Virus record (IMG/VR): IMGVR_UViG_3300020391_000003 | Coordinates: 64,001-128,000 of that record | From: a virus | Length of the DNA stretch: 64,000 bases | Reading direction: 5' to 3' (one strand) | In this document: in pieces, positions 1 through 8,726 of the stretch | Layout of the letters: each line of letters starts with the position of its first letter | Numbering within the stretch: the first letter of the stretch is position 1 | Notes under the pieces: generated by a model | What the model was told of the DNA's origin: nothing | The model's database searches: none | What the model saw: only the letters and a program-made list of their open reading frames with translations | Program-made: the position numbers and the translations under genes

Positions 1-7
1 AACTTGG

Positions 8-355
8 ATGCAAACCAAGCAATACGATAGAGTTACAGATCGTATGAAAATGGTTAGAGCATATGATCTTAATTTAGTTGATCGAAGCGATTTTATTATT
101 GCTCACCTTGTTCCTGATGTTGCAAGCTGGGGCAGTGCAGAAGAAATTGTAACTGCTGTGCGAGAAAAGAAACCTGTGTTTGTTAGCATGGAAGGAGGAA
201 AAGCAAAAACTCCATTATGGATGCTTGGCATGTTTCCACATAAATATATTTATAATAATGTTGACGAAATCATTAAAATGCTGTATGCTATAGATAATGG
301 CAACAAACCGATTGATTCAGACAGATGGAGATTATTAAGAAAGGAATTTAGATGA
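8..355 (+). CDS. Nucleoside 2-deoxyribosyltransferase-like protein, probably 5'-truncated by the window edge
   Basis: DLNLVDRSDFIIAHL..SWGSAEEIVTAVREKKPV resembles the NDT-family D..D/G..E pattern; frame is open to the window start. Confidence 0.6.
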   Translation: MQTKQYDRVTDRMKMVRAYDLNLVDRSDFIIAHLVPDVASWGSAEEIVTAVREKKPVFVSMEGGKAKTPLWMLGMFPHKYIYNNVDEIIKMLYAIDNGNKPIDSDRWRLLRKEFR

Positions 356-454
356 TACAAGTATTAGCATCAAGTTATTTTGAGTTTTTTCCTGGAGACT
401 TTATAGTTTTTGGTATTTTAGGGGCAATTGTATGGATAAAGCAAGCAAAAGCAG

Positions 455-1435
455 ATGAAGACTTTAAGTAAAGCATATAAATATTCTGATATTTGCCTTG
501 TTCCAAACTACAGCGAGGTATACAGTCGAACAGACTGTGACACTTTTTGCGAACTGGGCGGTAAAAATTTCAAATTACCAATTATACCCGCAAACATGAA
601 ATCAGTTATAAACATGAGGCTTGCAAAATGGATGAGCCAAAATGATTATTTTTACATTATGCATCGATTTGATAATCATTTAGCTGATGATGTTGGGCTT
701 GCAAACTCGGAAGATTGGAAAACAATATCATTTAGTGTTGGAGTGAAAATGCCAGATAAAATTCATGTAATGAATATTGGGCAATTAAAAAATATTAGAG
801 TAGACTTTCTAACAATAGATATAGCTCATGGGCATTGTGCACGAATGAAAATGATGATTGAGCATATTAAAAAATGGCTACCTAATACAAAAATTATTGC
901 AGGAAATGTTGCTACACCCTCTGCTGTAAGAGATTTAGCTGCTTGGGGTGCAGATATAGTAAAAGTTGGCATCGGTCAAGGGTCTCCTTGTACCACAAAA
1001 GACAAAACAGGTTTTACTATGCCGATGTTTAGTTGCACAACATGGTGCTCAAATGTTTTTAAAGATGAAAACTCAGAAAAACCTATCCCAATCATTGCAG
1101 ATGGAGGAATAAAATGCAACGGAGATATCGCGAAAGCTATGGTTGCAGGAGCAAGTATGGTTATGGCAGGTGGACTTTTCGCGGCATGCACTGATAGCCC
1201 TGCAGTCTCAAGTACGGTTAACGATATTCCACATAAAGCTTATTTTGGTTCTGCTAGTGCAGAAAATAAAGGCCATAACAATAACATCGAAGGCAAGCTT
1301 ACCAACATAGTTTCTAATGGCATGACATACGAGTCCAAGTTAAACGAAATAAAGCAAGACATACAGAGTGCAATATCATATTCTGGAGGAGACGATCTTT
1401 CTTATCTAAAAAATTCAGACTATTTTCAAACATGA
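455..1435 (+). CDS. guaC: GMP reductase
   Basis: PIIPANM, IDIAHGH, GNVAT, KVGIGQGSPCTT (catalytic Cys), IIADGGI motifs; no CBS domains. Confidence 0.92.
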   Translation: MKTLSKAYKYSDICLVPNYSEVYSRTDCDTFCELGGKNFKLPIIPANMKSVINMRLAKWMSQNDYFYIMHRFDNHLADDVGLANSEDWKTISFSVGVKMPDKIHVMNIGQLKNIRVDFLTIDIAHGHCARMKMMIEHIKKWLPNTKIIAGNVATPSAVRDLAAWGADIVKVGIGQGSPCTTKDKTGFTMPMFSCTTWCSNVFKDENSEKPIPIIADGGIKCNGDIAKAMVAGASMVMAGGLFAACTDSPAVSSTVNDIPHKAYFGSASAENKGHNNNIEGKLTNIVSNGMTYESKLNEIKQDIQSAISYSGGDDLSYLKNSDYFQT

Positions 1436-1956
1436 TCAAAGAGATTAACGATATTCAACACTTAAACAAAACACTTTCTCAATGGAATTCTATCGAAAAT
1501 AAAACCTATTGGAAAAATTTATCTACATCTATTGACTCAGATCGATTTAATCCACTAATAATAGAAAATTTTATAAGAAATATTTTTCTTTCTACAAATG
1601 AATATCCTGAAGTTATGCCTTACATTAAGTTATGGTCATACGAAGTCAAAAATTTTAGTATAGCTGGGACAGTATTCATTGTAAAAGAAAACATTATGAC
1701 TGGCAAACCAATTCTAGAAGAATGTTTGTGGCAAGTAAATGGAGCTAGGGCAACAAGTTTTTTACAAAAAAAGATATTAATAAAATTATTAAAAACAGCA
1801 GAAGATTACGCAAGGTTAAAACGTATAGATACTATTTGTTTTAATAGAGGTTTAGACTTTCACAAATTATCAAAAGACGCCTCGCCTATAAATAATTATT
1901 ATACCAAAAATGGATTTCAGCCTTCTTCAGTAATGTATTACAAAAATTTAAAATAA
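1432..1956 (+). CDS. Hypothetical protein, possible GNAT-like fold
   Basis: 174 aa ORF overlapping guaC stop (ATGA); C-terminal YYTKNGF resembles GNAT Y.K.GF. Confidence 0.45.
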   Translation: MIKEINDIQHLNKTLSQWNSIENKTYWKNLSTSIDSDRFNPLIIENFIRNIFLSTNEYPEVMPYIKLWSYEVKNFSIAGTVFIVKENIMTGKPILEECLWQVNGARATSFLQKKILIKLLKTAEDYARLKRIDTICFNRGLDFHKLSKDASPINNYYTKNGFQPSSVMYYKNLK

Positions 1957-1961
1957 AAGAC

Positions 1962-1990
1962 TTGACATTACTTGAAATATATTATATAAT
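1962..1990 (+). promoter_or_regulatory. sigma70-type promoter
   Basis: TTGACA-17 nt-TATAAT; ATG follows at 1998. Confidence 0.85.
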
Positions 1991-1997
1991 CAAACTC

Positions 1998-2171
1998 ATG
2001 AACGCTACTAAAGCAAAACAAATTAGAAAAATTTTAAACTTTGATCCGAATTGTTCGGATGAAACTTCAAAAAGAGTATATTCTCGATTGAAGAAACAAT
2101 ACAGCAAACTTAGTAAAGGCGCCAAGCCTATTTTCTTGGCACAATTACAAAAATTACATCAATCAAATTAA
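1998..2171 (+). CDS. Small basic hypothetical protein (start corrected from 1962)
   Basis: Track start is the TTG of the -35 box; ATG at 1998 lies 7 nt after the -10 box. Confidence 0.65.
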   Translation: MNATKAKQIRKILNFDPNCSDETSKRVYSRLKKQYSKLSKGAKPIFLAQLQKLHQSN

Positions 2172-2173
2172 TT

Positions 2174-2503
2174 ATGGAAAATCAAACGCAAGAAAAGCAA
2201 CAGTCGGAATGGCGTAACAGAGAGCTTGGCGCTCTTTGGGTTCGCACGGGAAAGAGCCAAAAGTATCTTTCTGGAACTATTAATGTCGAGACCATGCCTG
2301 GAGTTACCGAACCTGTTAAGGTTGTGGTATTTACGAATAAGGGCAAGGAAAAGAACGAAAAGGCTCCAGATTACGTTATTTATCGTTCCGAAGAACTATC
2401 TCAAAAGAGTAACGTCGAAGAAGTAGCAAAAGAAGCCGCACAGGAAGTTAAGTCAACAGCTAAAGTTGCTGTAGATGAAGATATTCCAGAAGAGCTTTTT
2501 TAA
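2174..2503 (+). CDS. DUF736-like protein (OB-fold-like, acidic tail)
   Basis: ELGALW..YLSG..VVVFTNK..KAPDYVIY pattern; acidic C-terminus DEDIPEELF like SSB tails. Confidence 0.65.
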   Translation: MENQTQEKQQSEWRNRELGALWVRTGKSQKYLSGTINVETMPGVTEPVKVVVFTNKGKEKNEKAPDYVIYRSEELSQKSNVEEVAKEAAQEVKSTAKVAVDEDIPEELF

Positions 2504-2521
2504 TTAGTGTAACAAAATATT

Positions 2522-2704
2522 ATGGAAAAGAAATTTTGGCACAGTAAAAAGTTTTGGGCAGCAGTTTTTGCAGCAGCAACACCTCTGTTCAATCATTATT
2601 TTCATTTAGGCTTAACTCCGGAACTGACGATGCAAATCACAGGTCCGATATTGGCCTACATTCTTGGACAAGGTCTCGCAGATCTTGGTAAGAATAAATC
2701 ATAG
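2522..2704 (+). CDS. Small two-TM holin-like membrane protein
   Basis: SKKFWAAVFAA N-terminus, second hydrophobic helix, basic C-terminus. Confidence 0.55.
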   Translation: MEKKFWHSKKFWAAVFAAATPLFNHYFHLGLTPELTMQITGPILAYILGQGLADLGKNKS

Positions 2705-2714
2705 TTCTTTAAAA
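2704..2714 (+). promoter_or_regulatory. boxA-like antitermination element upstream of tmRNA
   Basis: GTTCTTTAAAA resembles rrn boxA (TGCTCTTTAACA), 6 nt before the tmRNA 5' end. Confidence 0.45.
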
Positions 2715-2720
2715 TTTTAT

Positions 2721-3082
2721 GGGCGTGTTCTGGATTCGATTTTTATTGGATTAGTTCACTGCAAGCCGAAGAGGTGCCTGGCTTCGATAAAAGGCACAAG
2801 CGAATAAATGCTAAAAACATTAATTCTGTTGAATCCTTCTCTCAAGAAGGGCTCGCTCTTGCAGCTTAAGTCTGCAACCTCTCCTCAATTGACGCAGATA
2901 AATTGAATGAGGGGTCATCCATCTGCAAAACAGATAAAAGTTTACTTGTTTCACAAACTGTAAATAATTGAGACAATTAGTTTGATGTTAATATCATAAC
3001 TATAAAAAAAATTAACTAAGCTTGTAGACGTGAATCTCTTGATGATAAAAAGACGCGGGTTCAACTCCCGCCACGTCCACCA
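2721..3082 (+). ncRNA. ssrA: tmRNA; tag peptide AKNINSVESFSQEGLALAA* (2810-2869)
   Basis: 5' GGGCGTG pairs with 3' CACGTCC-ACCA with G3:U wobble; GGATTCGA D-loop-like motif; T-arm GCGGG-TTCAACT-CCCGC; tag ORF ends LALAA. Confidence 0.95.
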
Positions 3083-3178
3083 TTTACATGATTAAAAATA
3101 AAAAGTTAATTAATTATAAAATCAAAAAGCTAGAAAATAAAATTGTTTTTTTACAAAAGAAAAAATCTACTTTAGTTC

Positions 3179-3598
3179 GTGAAAAGCGCAGAAGTAAATA
3201 TTTACATAGATGAAGCTTCTTTAGATTTCTATGAAAAACTAGATTTTTTTCACGAACATTTTATAGATAAAATGCTTATGTGTGGGGTTTCTGACAACGG
3301 AAGTCATGTTGAAGAAATACCATTTACAAAATGCGCTCGAGAATATACTTATGATTTTTATAAAGCTTTAGTTTTCTTAGTTCAAAAATTTAAACCATTC
3401 TGCATATCTAAATTGACTAACAAAAAAAGACTAGAGTTAGAGTGTATGTTTTTTGATTTTTCTGAGCCAGGTTTTAGCGATAATGTGTATATGATACAGA
3501 ACGTTATGGATTGGACATCGAAAAAGAATTTCTCTTGTCAGTTTTGGAAAGTGAAAGATAATATCAAACCTGATATGATACTAGAATTTTGGTTATAA
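3179..3598 (+). CDS. Hypothetical protein
   Basis: 139 aa ORF, GTG start, coupled to next gene. Confidence 0.6.
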   Translation: MKSAEVNIYIDEASLDFYEKLDFFHEHFIDKMLMCGVSDNGSHVEEIPFTKCAREYTYDFYKALVFLVQKFKPFCISKLTNKKRLELECMFFDFSEPGFSDNVYMIQNVMDWTSKKNFSCQFWKVKDNIKPDMILEFWL

Positions 3599-3786
3599 TG
3601 GAACCTCGCAAAGAAAGATCTGAACCATGGAAGCTACCTTATTCTCGAAGAAAAAAAACTTCAAGAAAATATAAAGATACTGAAAAACAAATTAAAGACT
3701 TTAGACTTTTAAAAGATTGGAGTGGCGTTAAAAAGCTGCAAAGACTTTTGCGAATGTGCTGGTGGGGCATCAAAAGATACAAATGA
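3598..3786 (+). CDS. Small basic hypothetical protein
   Basis: TAATG overlap with the upstream stop. Confidence 0.55.
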   Translation: MEPRKERSEPWKLPYSRRKKTSRKYKDTEKQIKDFRLLKDWSGVKKLQRLLRMCWWGIKRYK

Positions 3787-4088
3787 ATTTATTTAAGAAA
3801 ATTTCTAAGGTTTTCAAAAAAAACAAATCAAAACCAAAAGAATTACCTATGCACGTTGAGATATCTAATTTGTTAGAAAGCGGTATAGAAAAAAGAAAAT
3901 TAGATTTAAATAATAAACCCAAAGATCTTTCAAAAGCAGAATGGAATAATATTCTTGTTAAAATTCAATACGCTTTTCGGGCTAGAAAAGATATGCTTCC
4001 ATTTAAATCAAAAGCAAAAAGAATTAGAAGGCAGACAAAAATAGATCAAGGTTTCGAGTATTTAAAAAAATATTATAAGGAACTGTAA
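3783..4088 (+). CDS. Hypothetical protein
   Basis: ATG at 3783 overlaps the upstream stop; in frame with track ORF 3756. Confidence 0.55.
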   Translation: MNLFKKISKVFKKNKSKPKELPMHVEISNLLESGIEKRKLDLNNKPKDLSKAEWNNILVKIQYAFRARKDMLPFKSKAKRIRRQTKIDQGFEYLKKYYKEL

Positions 4089-4249
4089 TGGACGAAGAAG
4101 ATGAATATGAAATGGTTTTTGAACCTGACGAAGCTTTAATTTTAGCTTTAAATGAAATTAACGATTTAAAAGAACTTATAGAAGAACAAAATTCTTCTAT
4201 CGAAGCGCTTAAAGACCAGTTATCATCTGTAGAAAAGAAAATAAAGTAA
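4088..4249 (+). CDS. Small acidic coiled-coil protein (53 aa, not in track)
   Basis: TAATG coupling; MDEEDEYEMVFEPDEALILALNEINDLKELIEEQ.. Confidence 0.55.
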   Translation: MDEEDEYEMVFEPDEALILALNEINDLKELIEEQNSSIEALKDQLSSVEKKIK

Positions 4250-4287
4250 TATTTTCTTGACTTTATAAAGTATTTATGCGATAATAC

Positions 4288-4566
4288 TTGCATATGAAAA
4301 AATTGACATTAAACAAAGATGGTACTCCGCGCAGAAGGCGTAATTCTTCTGGTAAAGGCGGTACAGCTATTGTGACCTTGAGTGTTGACGAGATCATGGA
4401 ACTCGCTTCTCAGGACGTTTCTTCTATTCCCGTAAGTGAGGATTGGGTAAAGTCAAGACTCTACACAAATTACTTACAGAGCAAAAAGGTATCTGCTGAT
4501 TTCAGCGAAACGCAAAGCTCGGAAGACAAGATTGAATACGCAATTACATCTTTTGATAATGAATAA
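4288..4566 (+). CDS. Hypothetical protein
   Basis: 92 aa ORF directly upstream of ruvB-like gene. Confidence 0.6.
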   Translation: MHMKKLTLNKDGTPRRRRNSSGKGGTAIVTLSVDEIMELASQDVSSIPVSEDWVKSRLYTNYLQSKKVSADFSETQSSEDKIEYAITSFDNE

Positions 4567-5485
4567 TTATTTTGATCATCTTATAGGGCAAGACAATGTT
4601 AAGAAGAAGTTAAACTTCTACATTAAAGCTTATCACGCTACAAGTGTCTGCCCATTTTTGAATCTTGTTGGAGCAAAAGGACTAGGAAAAACTTTATTTG
4701 CGAAAGAGTTCGCCAAAAATCTTCACAATAAAGATGGAGGCAAAAGACCATTTATTGAGCTTAACTGCTCAACCATCAAGAATAACAGGCAATTCTTTGA
4801 GCAAATTTTCATTCCTTTGGTGATGAACAACGAGATTACTATTTTGTTTGACGAAGCTCATGCTTTGCCAAAAGATCTGACTATGGCTTTTCTTACTATT
4901 TTTAACACAGAAAAAACAAGCAAAAAAGAATTTATATTTGAAGAGCAAACTTTCGAATTTGATTTCACTAAGCAAACATTTATTTTTGCAACCACAGAAA
5001 GTGATAAATTGTTTCCTCCATTGAAAGACAGACTCAGTACAGTTGACTTTGAGCCATACTCAAAAGAGAATCTTGGAGAAATTATAAAACTAAATTGTGA
5101 TGGAATTAATTTTAGTGATGACGCTCTTTCTGCTTTATCTGAAACGGTTCGAGGCAACGCAAGAAATGCAGTGATGCGCTCAAAAGAAATTGTTCTTTAT
5201 TGCGAGTCAGAAAATCAAAACACTTTCGATATGCAAGATCATCTTAATCTTACAGATCTTCTTGGAATATTACCTCATGGTATTACTTGTACCGAGCGTC
5301 AAATCTTAGAGATTTTAGATCAAAGAGGTAGCTGTAAGCTACAAACTTTATCGGCAGTTACAGGCTTAAGCCCAACCAGTCTTAGAAGAGATCATGAGGT
5401 GTATCTTCTTAGAAAAAATTTCATGCAAATTGACGGAGAAAGAAAAATCACTAATTTCGGCAAAAACTTAATAAAATCAATATAA
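4559..5485 (+). CDS. ruvB: RuvB-like Holliday junction branch-migration AAA+ helicase
   Basis: FDHLIGQ, Walker A GAKGLGKT, Walker B LFDEAH, ATT, PLKDR, C-terminal HEVYLLRKNFMQ matching the RuvB winged-helix tail. Confidence 0.82.
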   Translation: MNNYFDHLIGQDNVKKKLNFYIKAYHATSVCPFLNLVGAKGLGKTLFAKEFAKNLHNKDGGKRPFIELNCSTIKNNRQFFEQIFIPLVMNNEITILFDEAHALPKDLTMAFLTIFNTEKTSKKEFIFEEQTFEFDFTKQTFIFATTESDKLFPPLKDRLSTVDFEPYSKENLGEIIKLNCDGINFSDDALSALSETVRGNARNAVMRSKEIVLYCESENQNTFDMQDHLNLTDLLGILPHGITCTERQILEILDQRGSCKLQTLSAVTGLSPTSLRRDHEVYLLRKNFMQIDGERKITNFGKNLIKSI

Positions 5486-5490
5486 TATAT

Positions 5491-5685
5491 ATGACCACAC
5501 AAAAACAAAAAACTGTATATGTAGTTACAAGAAACACAAGAAGAATTGAAGAACAAAATTATAATACCAAAGAAAAAGCTGAAGTTCGAGCGGCTCAGCT
5601 TGTAGAAGTTTTAAAAAAGTGGAGAGATCCTGATGTTAAGCGTGTAAGAGTTGTCGAAACAAATACTCCTCGAAAAATTAGATAA
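5491..5685 (+). CDS. Hypothetical protein
   Basis: 64 aa ORF in operon. Confidence 0.55.
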   Translation: MTTQKQKTVYVVTRNTRRIEEQNYNTKEKAEVRAAQLVEVLKKWRDPDVKRVRVVETNTPRKIR

Positions 5686-6175
5686 GTTGCAAAACGAAAA
5701 AAAACAGTCTTTATTTGAAAAAGCCGCAGAATCAAGGGGCTATTCTCCTCGCAAGCCAACTAGAGAAGAAAAGGCAGGATATCATGTTTCTCATATTCTT
5801 ACGGGCAAATCCTCATTAGGCAAAAAAGTTTGCATCAAAGTAGATCTTAAAAAAAATAAAAATAAAAAAAAGTTTGAAGATTGGCTTTGGATAGAATTTA
5901 AAAACTCAAAAGGAAAGCCAGGATGGATACATGGAGATGCGCACTTTTTGGTTTTTGAAAGATCAGAAGATTTTATTTTTGTTAATCGCAAAGAGCTTGT
6001 GGAGTGGTTAAGTAGCGCCAATAAAATTAGATACGATCTTCCATTTGTTGGCTTGGCAAAACAAGCAAAGTACAGAATATATAAGCGGGCAAACATGCCA
6101 GAAGAAATTACGCAAATTGCAGTTAAAGACATAAAATCGTTAAAATCTTTTCAAATTTGGCCAAAAAATGCCTGA
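5651..6175 (+). CDS. Hypothetical protein, possible PD-(D/E)XK nuclease-like
   Basis: WLWIEFKN..GWIHGDAHFLVFER pattern resembles phage nuclease-like proteins; catalytic residues not certain. Confidence 0.45.
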   Translation: MSKQILLEKLDKLQNEKKQSLFEKAAESRGYSPRKPTREEKAGYHVSHILTGKSSLGKKVCIKVDLKKNKNKKKFEDWLWIEFKNSKGKPGWIHGDAHFLVFERSEDFIFVNRKELVEWLSSANKIRYDLPFVGLAKQAKYRIYKRANMPEEITQIAVKDIKSLKSFQIWPKNA

Positions 6176-6620
6176 CGTAATATCTTTAGATAAAACTTAC
6201 CTTCGCATGGCAAGAGAGTGGTCAAAGCTGTCTAAAGCTCATCGCAAACAAGTAGGCTGTCTTATAGTCAAAGATGGCATGATTATTTCTGATGGCTACA
6301 ATGGCACACCAAGAGGCTTTGATAATAGATGTGAAGATTACATTGATTCTTATGCAATGCTTGCTTCTAGAGCGTATAAAATTGTAACCAAGCCTGAAGT
6401 TTTACATGCAGAAAGTAATGCAATCACAAAGCTTGCAAAGTCAACACAATCCAGCAAAGATTCCACTTTATATACCACAGTTTCTCCTTGTGTAGATTGC
6501 GCAAAACTTATTATACAGTCTGATATTTGTAGGGTTGTATATGGAGAATTATATAAAAATTCTGATGGAATTGATTTATTAAAAAAAGCTAAAATACAGG
6601 TTGAACACTGTGCAATTTAA
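6168..6620 (+). CDS. dCMP deaminase
   Basis: QVGCLIV, GYNG, HAESNAI, SPCVDC zinc motifs. Confidence 0.92.
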   Translation: MPDVISLDKTYLRMAREWSKLSKAHRKQVGCLIVKDGMIISDGYNGTPRGFDNRCEDYIDSYAMLASRAYKIVTKPEVLHAESNAITKLAKSTQSSKDSTLYTTVSPCVDCAKLIIQSDICRVVYGELYKNSDGIDLLKKAKIQVEHCAI

Positions 6621-6633
6621 ATTATAATCTCTC

Positions 6634-7173
6634 ATGTTAGAGGGAATATTTTTCGTTATAATTTTATGTCTTTTGTTTTATATAAAAGATCTTAAAAAAA
6701 GAGAAGATCCTAGAATTAGCGAGTTACAAGAAAAAGCTTGGACTTTAGAAGTTTCAGTTGAACAAGAGCGAGCCAATAAACAAGATTCAGAAAATCATGC
6801 AAAAATTAGCAGGCAATTTCTTGAAGACGAACGAGTTCACCGAAAGAATATCGAGAAACAACTTTTTGAAACTCAAGATAAATTAGAACAAGAAACAGAA
6901 CAGCGCAAAAAAGTTTTATCGCAAAAGAAAAGTGGCGAAGTTAGGCTAGGTCATATTGCTGAAACCTTAGCTCCATTTTTAGATCAGTTTGACTTTGATC
7001 CAGAAAATTGTTGCTTTATGGGCAAGCCCATAGATTATGTTTCTTTCGGGGATGATGAGATTACATTTATAGAGGTCAAGAGCGGTAATGCTCAACTTAG
7101 CAGCAAACAAAGACACATTAGAGATTTAGTTAAACAAAAATTAGTATCATGGAAAGAAGTAAGAATCAAGTAA
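6634..7173 (+). CDS. Holliday junction resolvase-like endonuclease with N-terminal TM and coiled coil
   Basis: GHIAETLAPF..GKPIDYVSF..FIEVKSG..QRHIRD pattern. Confidence 0.75.
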   Translation: MLEGIFFVIILCLLFYIKDLKKREDPRISELQEKAWTLEVSVEQERANKQDSENHAKISRQFLEDERVHRKNIEKQLFETQDKLEQETEQRKKVLSQKKSGEVRLGHIAETLAPFLDQFDFDPENCCFMGKPIDYVSFGDDEITFIEVKSGNAQLSSKQRHIRDLVKQKLVSWKEVRIK

Positions 7174-7589
7174 ACTTAAAAGTAAAAAAAATTTTTTCGA
7201 ACGCAGTAATTCCCACCTACACAAAACTTGGAGATGCGGGAATGGACTTAACAGCTATTTCGGTAGAAAAAAGTGGTGCATACTATGAATACGGTACAGG
7301 TTTAGCCATAGAGCTTCCATTAGGCTATGTAGGACTTGTTTTTCCTCGCTCTAGTATATCCAAGACAGATCATTATCTACGCAACTCTGTGGGCGTTATA
7401 GATGCTGGGTACAGAGGCGAAGTTAAAATCAGAATGAGCGTACCGCTTCTTGGTGCGACAGAATACAAAGAAGGCGACAGAGTTGCTCAGCTTGTTATAA
7501 TGAAACTTCCTTGGGTTAATATCGAACAAGTAGATGAGTTGTCGGAAACTGATCGAGGTAAAGGTGGATTTGGAAGCACAGGAAATTAA
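7149..7589 (+). CDS. dut: dUTP diphosphatase
   Basis: AGMDL, PRSS, GVIDAGYRGE, RVAQLV, RGKGGFGSTG (five trimeric dUTPase motifs). Confidence 0.95.
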   Translation: MERSKNQVNLKVKKIFSNAVIPTYTKLGDAGMDLTAISVEKSGAYYEYGTGLAIELPLGYVGLVFPRSSISKTDHYLRNSVGVIDAGYRGEVKIRMSVPLLGATEYKEGDRVAQLVIMKLPWVNIEQVDELSETDRGKGGFGSTGN

Positions 7590-7633
7590 ATTTAAGCCTT
7601 GACAATAGACTCAATATATGAGATAATACTAGC

Positions 7634-7882
7634 ATGTTCAATATTAAATCAAAGTTAAAAAATAAAGTTATGAAAAATGAAGATCAACGTTATTTCTTGG
7701 TTTACCAAAATCAAGAAAATGAAGTAAAGACCTACGAAATTGGTCGCCCAGACCTTAGTGAATCTTTTGGCAACAAGGGAGAAGAAAGAAACAATATTGG
7801 ATTCAAGGCTTACTGCTTTGGTCGTCAAGAAGTTCGTTCTTTTCGCCATGACCGAATCGTTTCCTTGACTCGCGCTTCGTGA
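7634..7882 (+). CDS. Stand-alone mini WYL-domain-like protein
   Basis: YFLVY..KAYCFGRQEVRSFRHDRIVSL matches the WYL R.FR.DRI motif; own promoter TTGACA(7599)-17-GATAAT. Confidence 0.6.
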   Translation: MFNIKSKLKNKVMKNEDQRYFLVYQNQENEVKTYEIGRPDLSESFGNKGEERNNIGFKAYCFGRQEVRSFRHDRIVSLTRAS

Positions 7883-8091
7883 ACTCAATGGTTTTAAACT
7901 ACGTAGCAAACAAGTTCGCACCCTTCTTGATTATAGGATTTCTTTTATTCTATAGTCTAGGGTACGAAACTTGGGAGCCGTATGTAGTTCTTGGGTTGAC
8001 AATCTTTATAGAAAGATTTAGTTTTAAAACAGGTTATGCAGTTTGCTATTGCGAACAAAAAGGTATAGAAATTGATTATGACAAAGGATGA
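7879..8091 (+). CDS. Small membrane protein
   Basis: Two hydrophobic stretches; overlaps upstream stop. Confidence 0.55.
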   Translation: MNSMVLNYVANKFAPFLIIGFLLFYSLGYETWEPYVVLGLTIFIERFSFKTGYAVCYCEQKGIEIDYDKG

Positions 8092-8489
8092 CCTCATTAA
8101 GCTTCGACAAGAAGTTTATGCAATGTGGTATTATTCTAAAAACAAAGACAAGAAAAAAACCTACAAAAAAATTCTCAAACTCATAGATTACGCAGGAGAT
8201 TTAAAATGTTCGCTCAAAAGTATATCTCGAATAGGACGATCACATCTATGAATTATCATAAGAAATTGAATTTAATTTACTAAAAAATATAATTTAATTA
8301 TGCACACAGATACCACACCAGAACATAAATATATTCTTATCAATTACGATAAACCCGCACCAATCATCAAACCAAAGCCAGTAACTTTAACCGAATACGA
8401 AGCTCATACACTCAATAGAGGGTTCGCATTTAATAAACTTACAAAAAGATATATAAAGAGCGAGGATTAGTCATAGTGTACAAGACTAT

Positions 8490-8726
8490 GTGCGAATATT
8501 ATTACTATTATATTTTCTTTCTGGTTGTACAGCGCAAAAATTGCCTCAACCTTCTGATACTGTATTTAAACCTGAAAATAGAAACTGGCTTTTAATATAT
8601 GAACTAGAGCTAGAAGCAGCATTAAAAAATGACGACACCGAAGCCTTCTATTTTTTTTGGTCAGAGTACATTAAAGAACTAGATAAACAAAAGCAAAATA
8701 GTGTAGATAATATCAATGAACTTTAA
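8490..8726 (+). CDS. Small lipoprotein-like protein
   Basis: Hydrophobic N-terminus with LSGC lipobox; paralog of 20818-21156. Confidence 0.55.
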   Translation: MRILLLLYFLSGCTAQKLPQPSDTVFKPENRNWLLIYELELEAALKNDDTEAFYFFWSEYIKELDKQKQNSVDNINEL

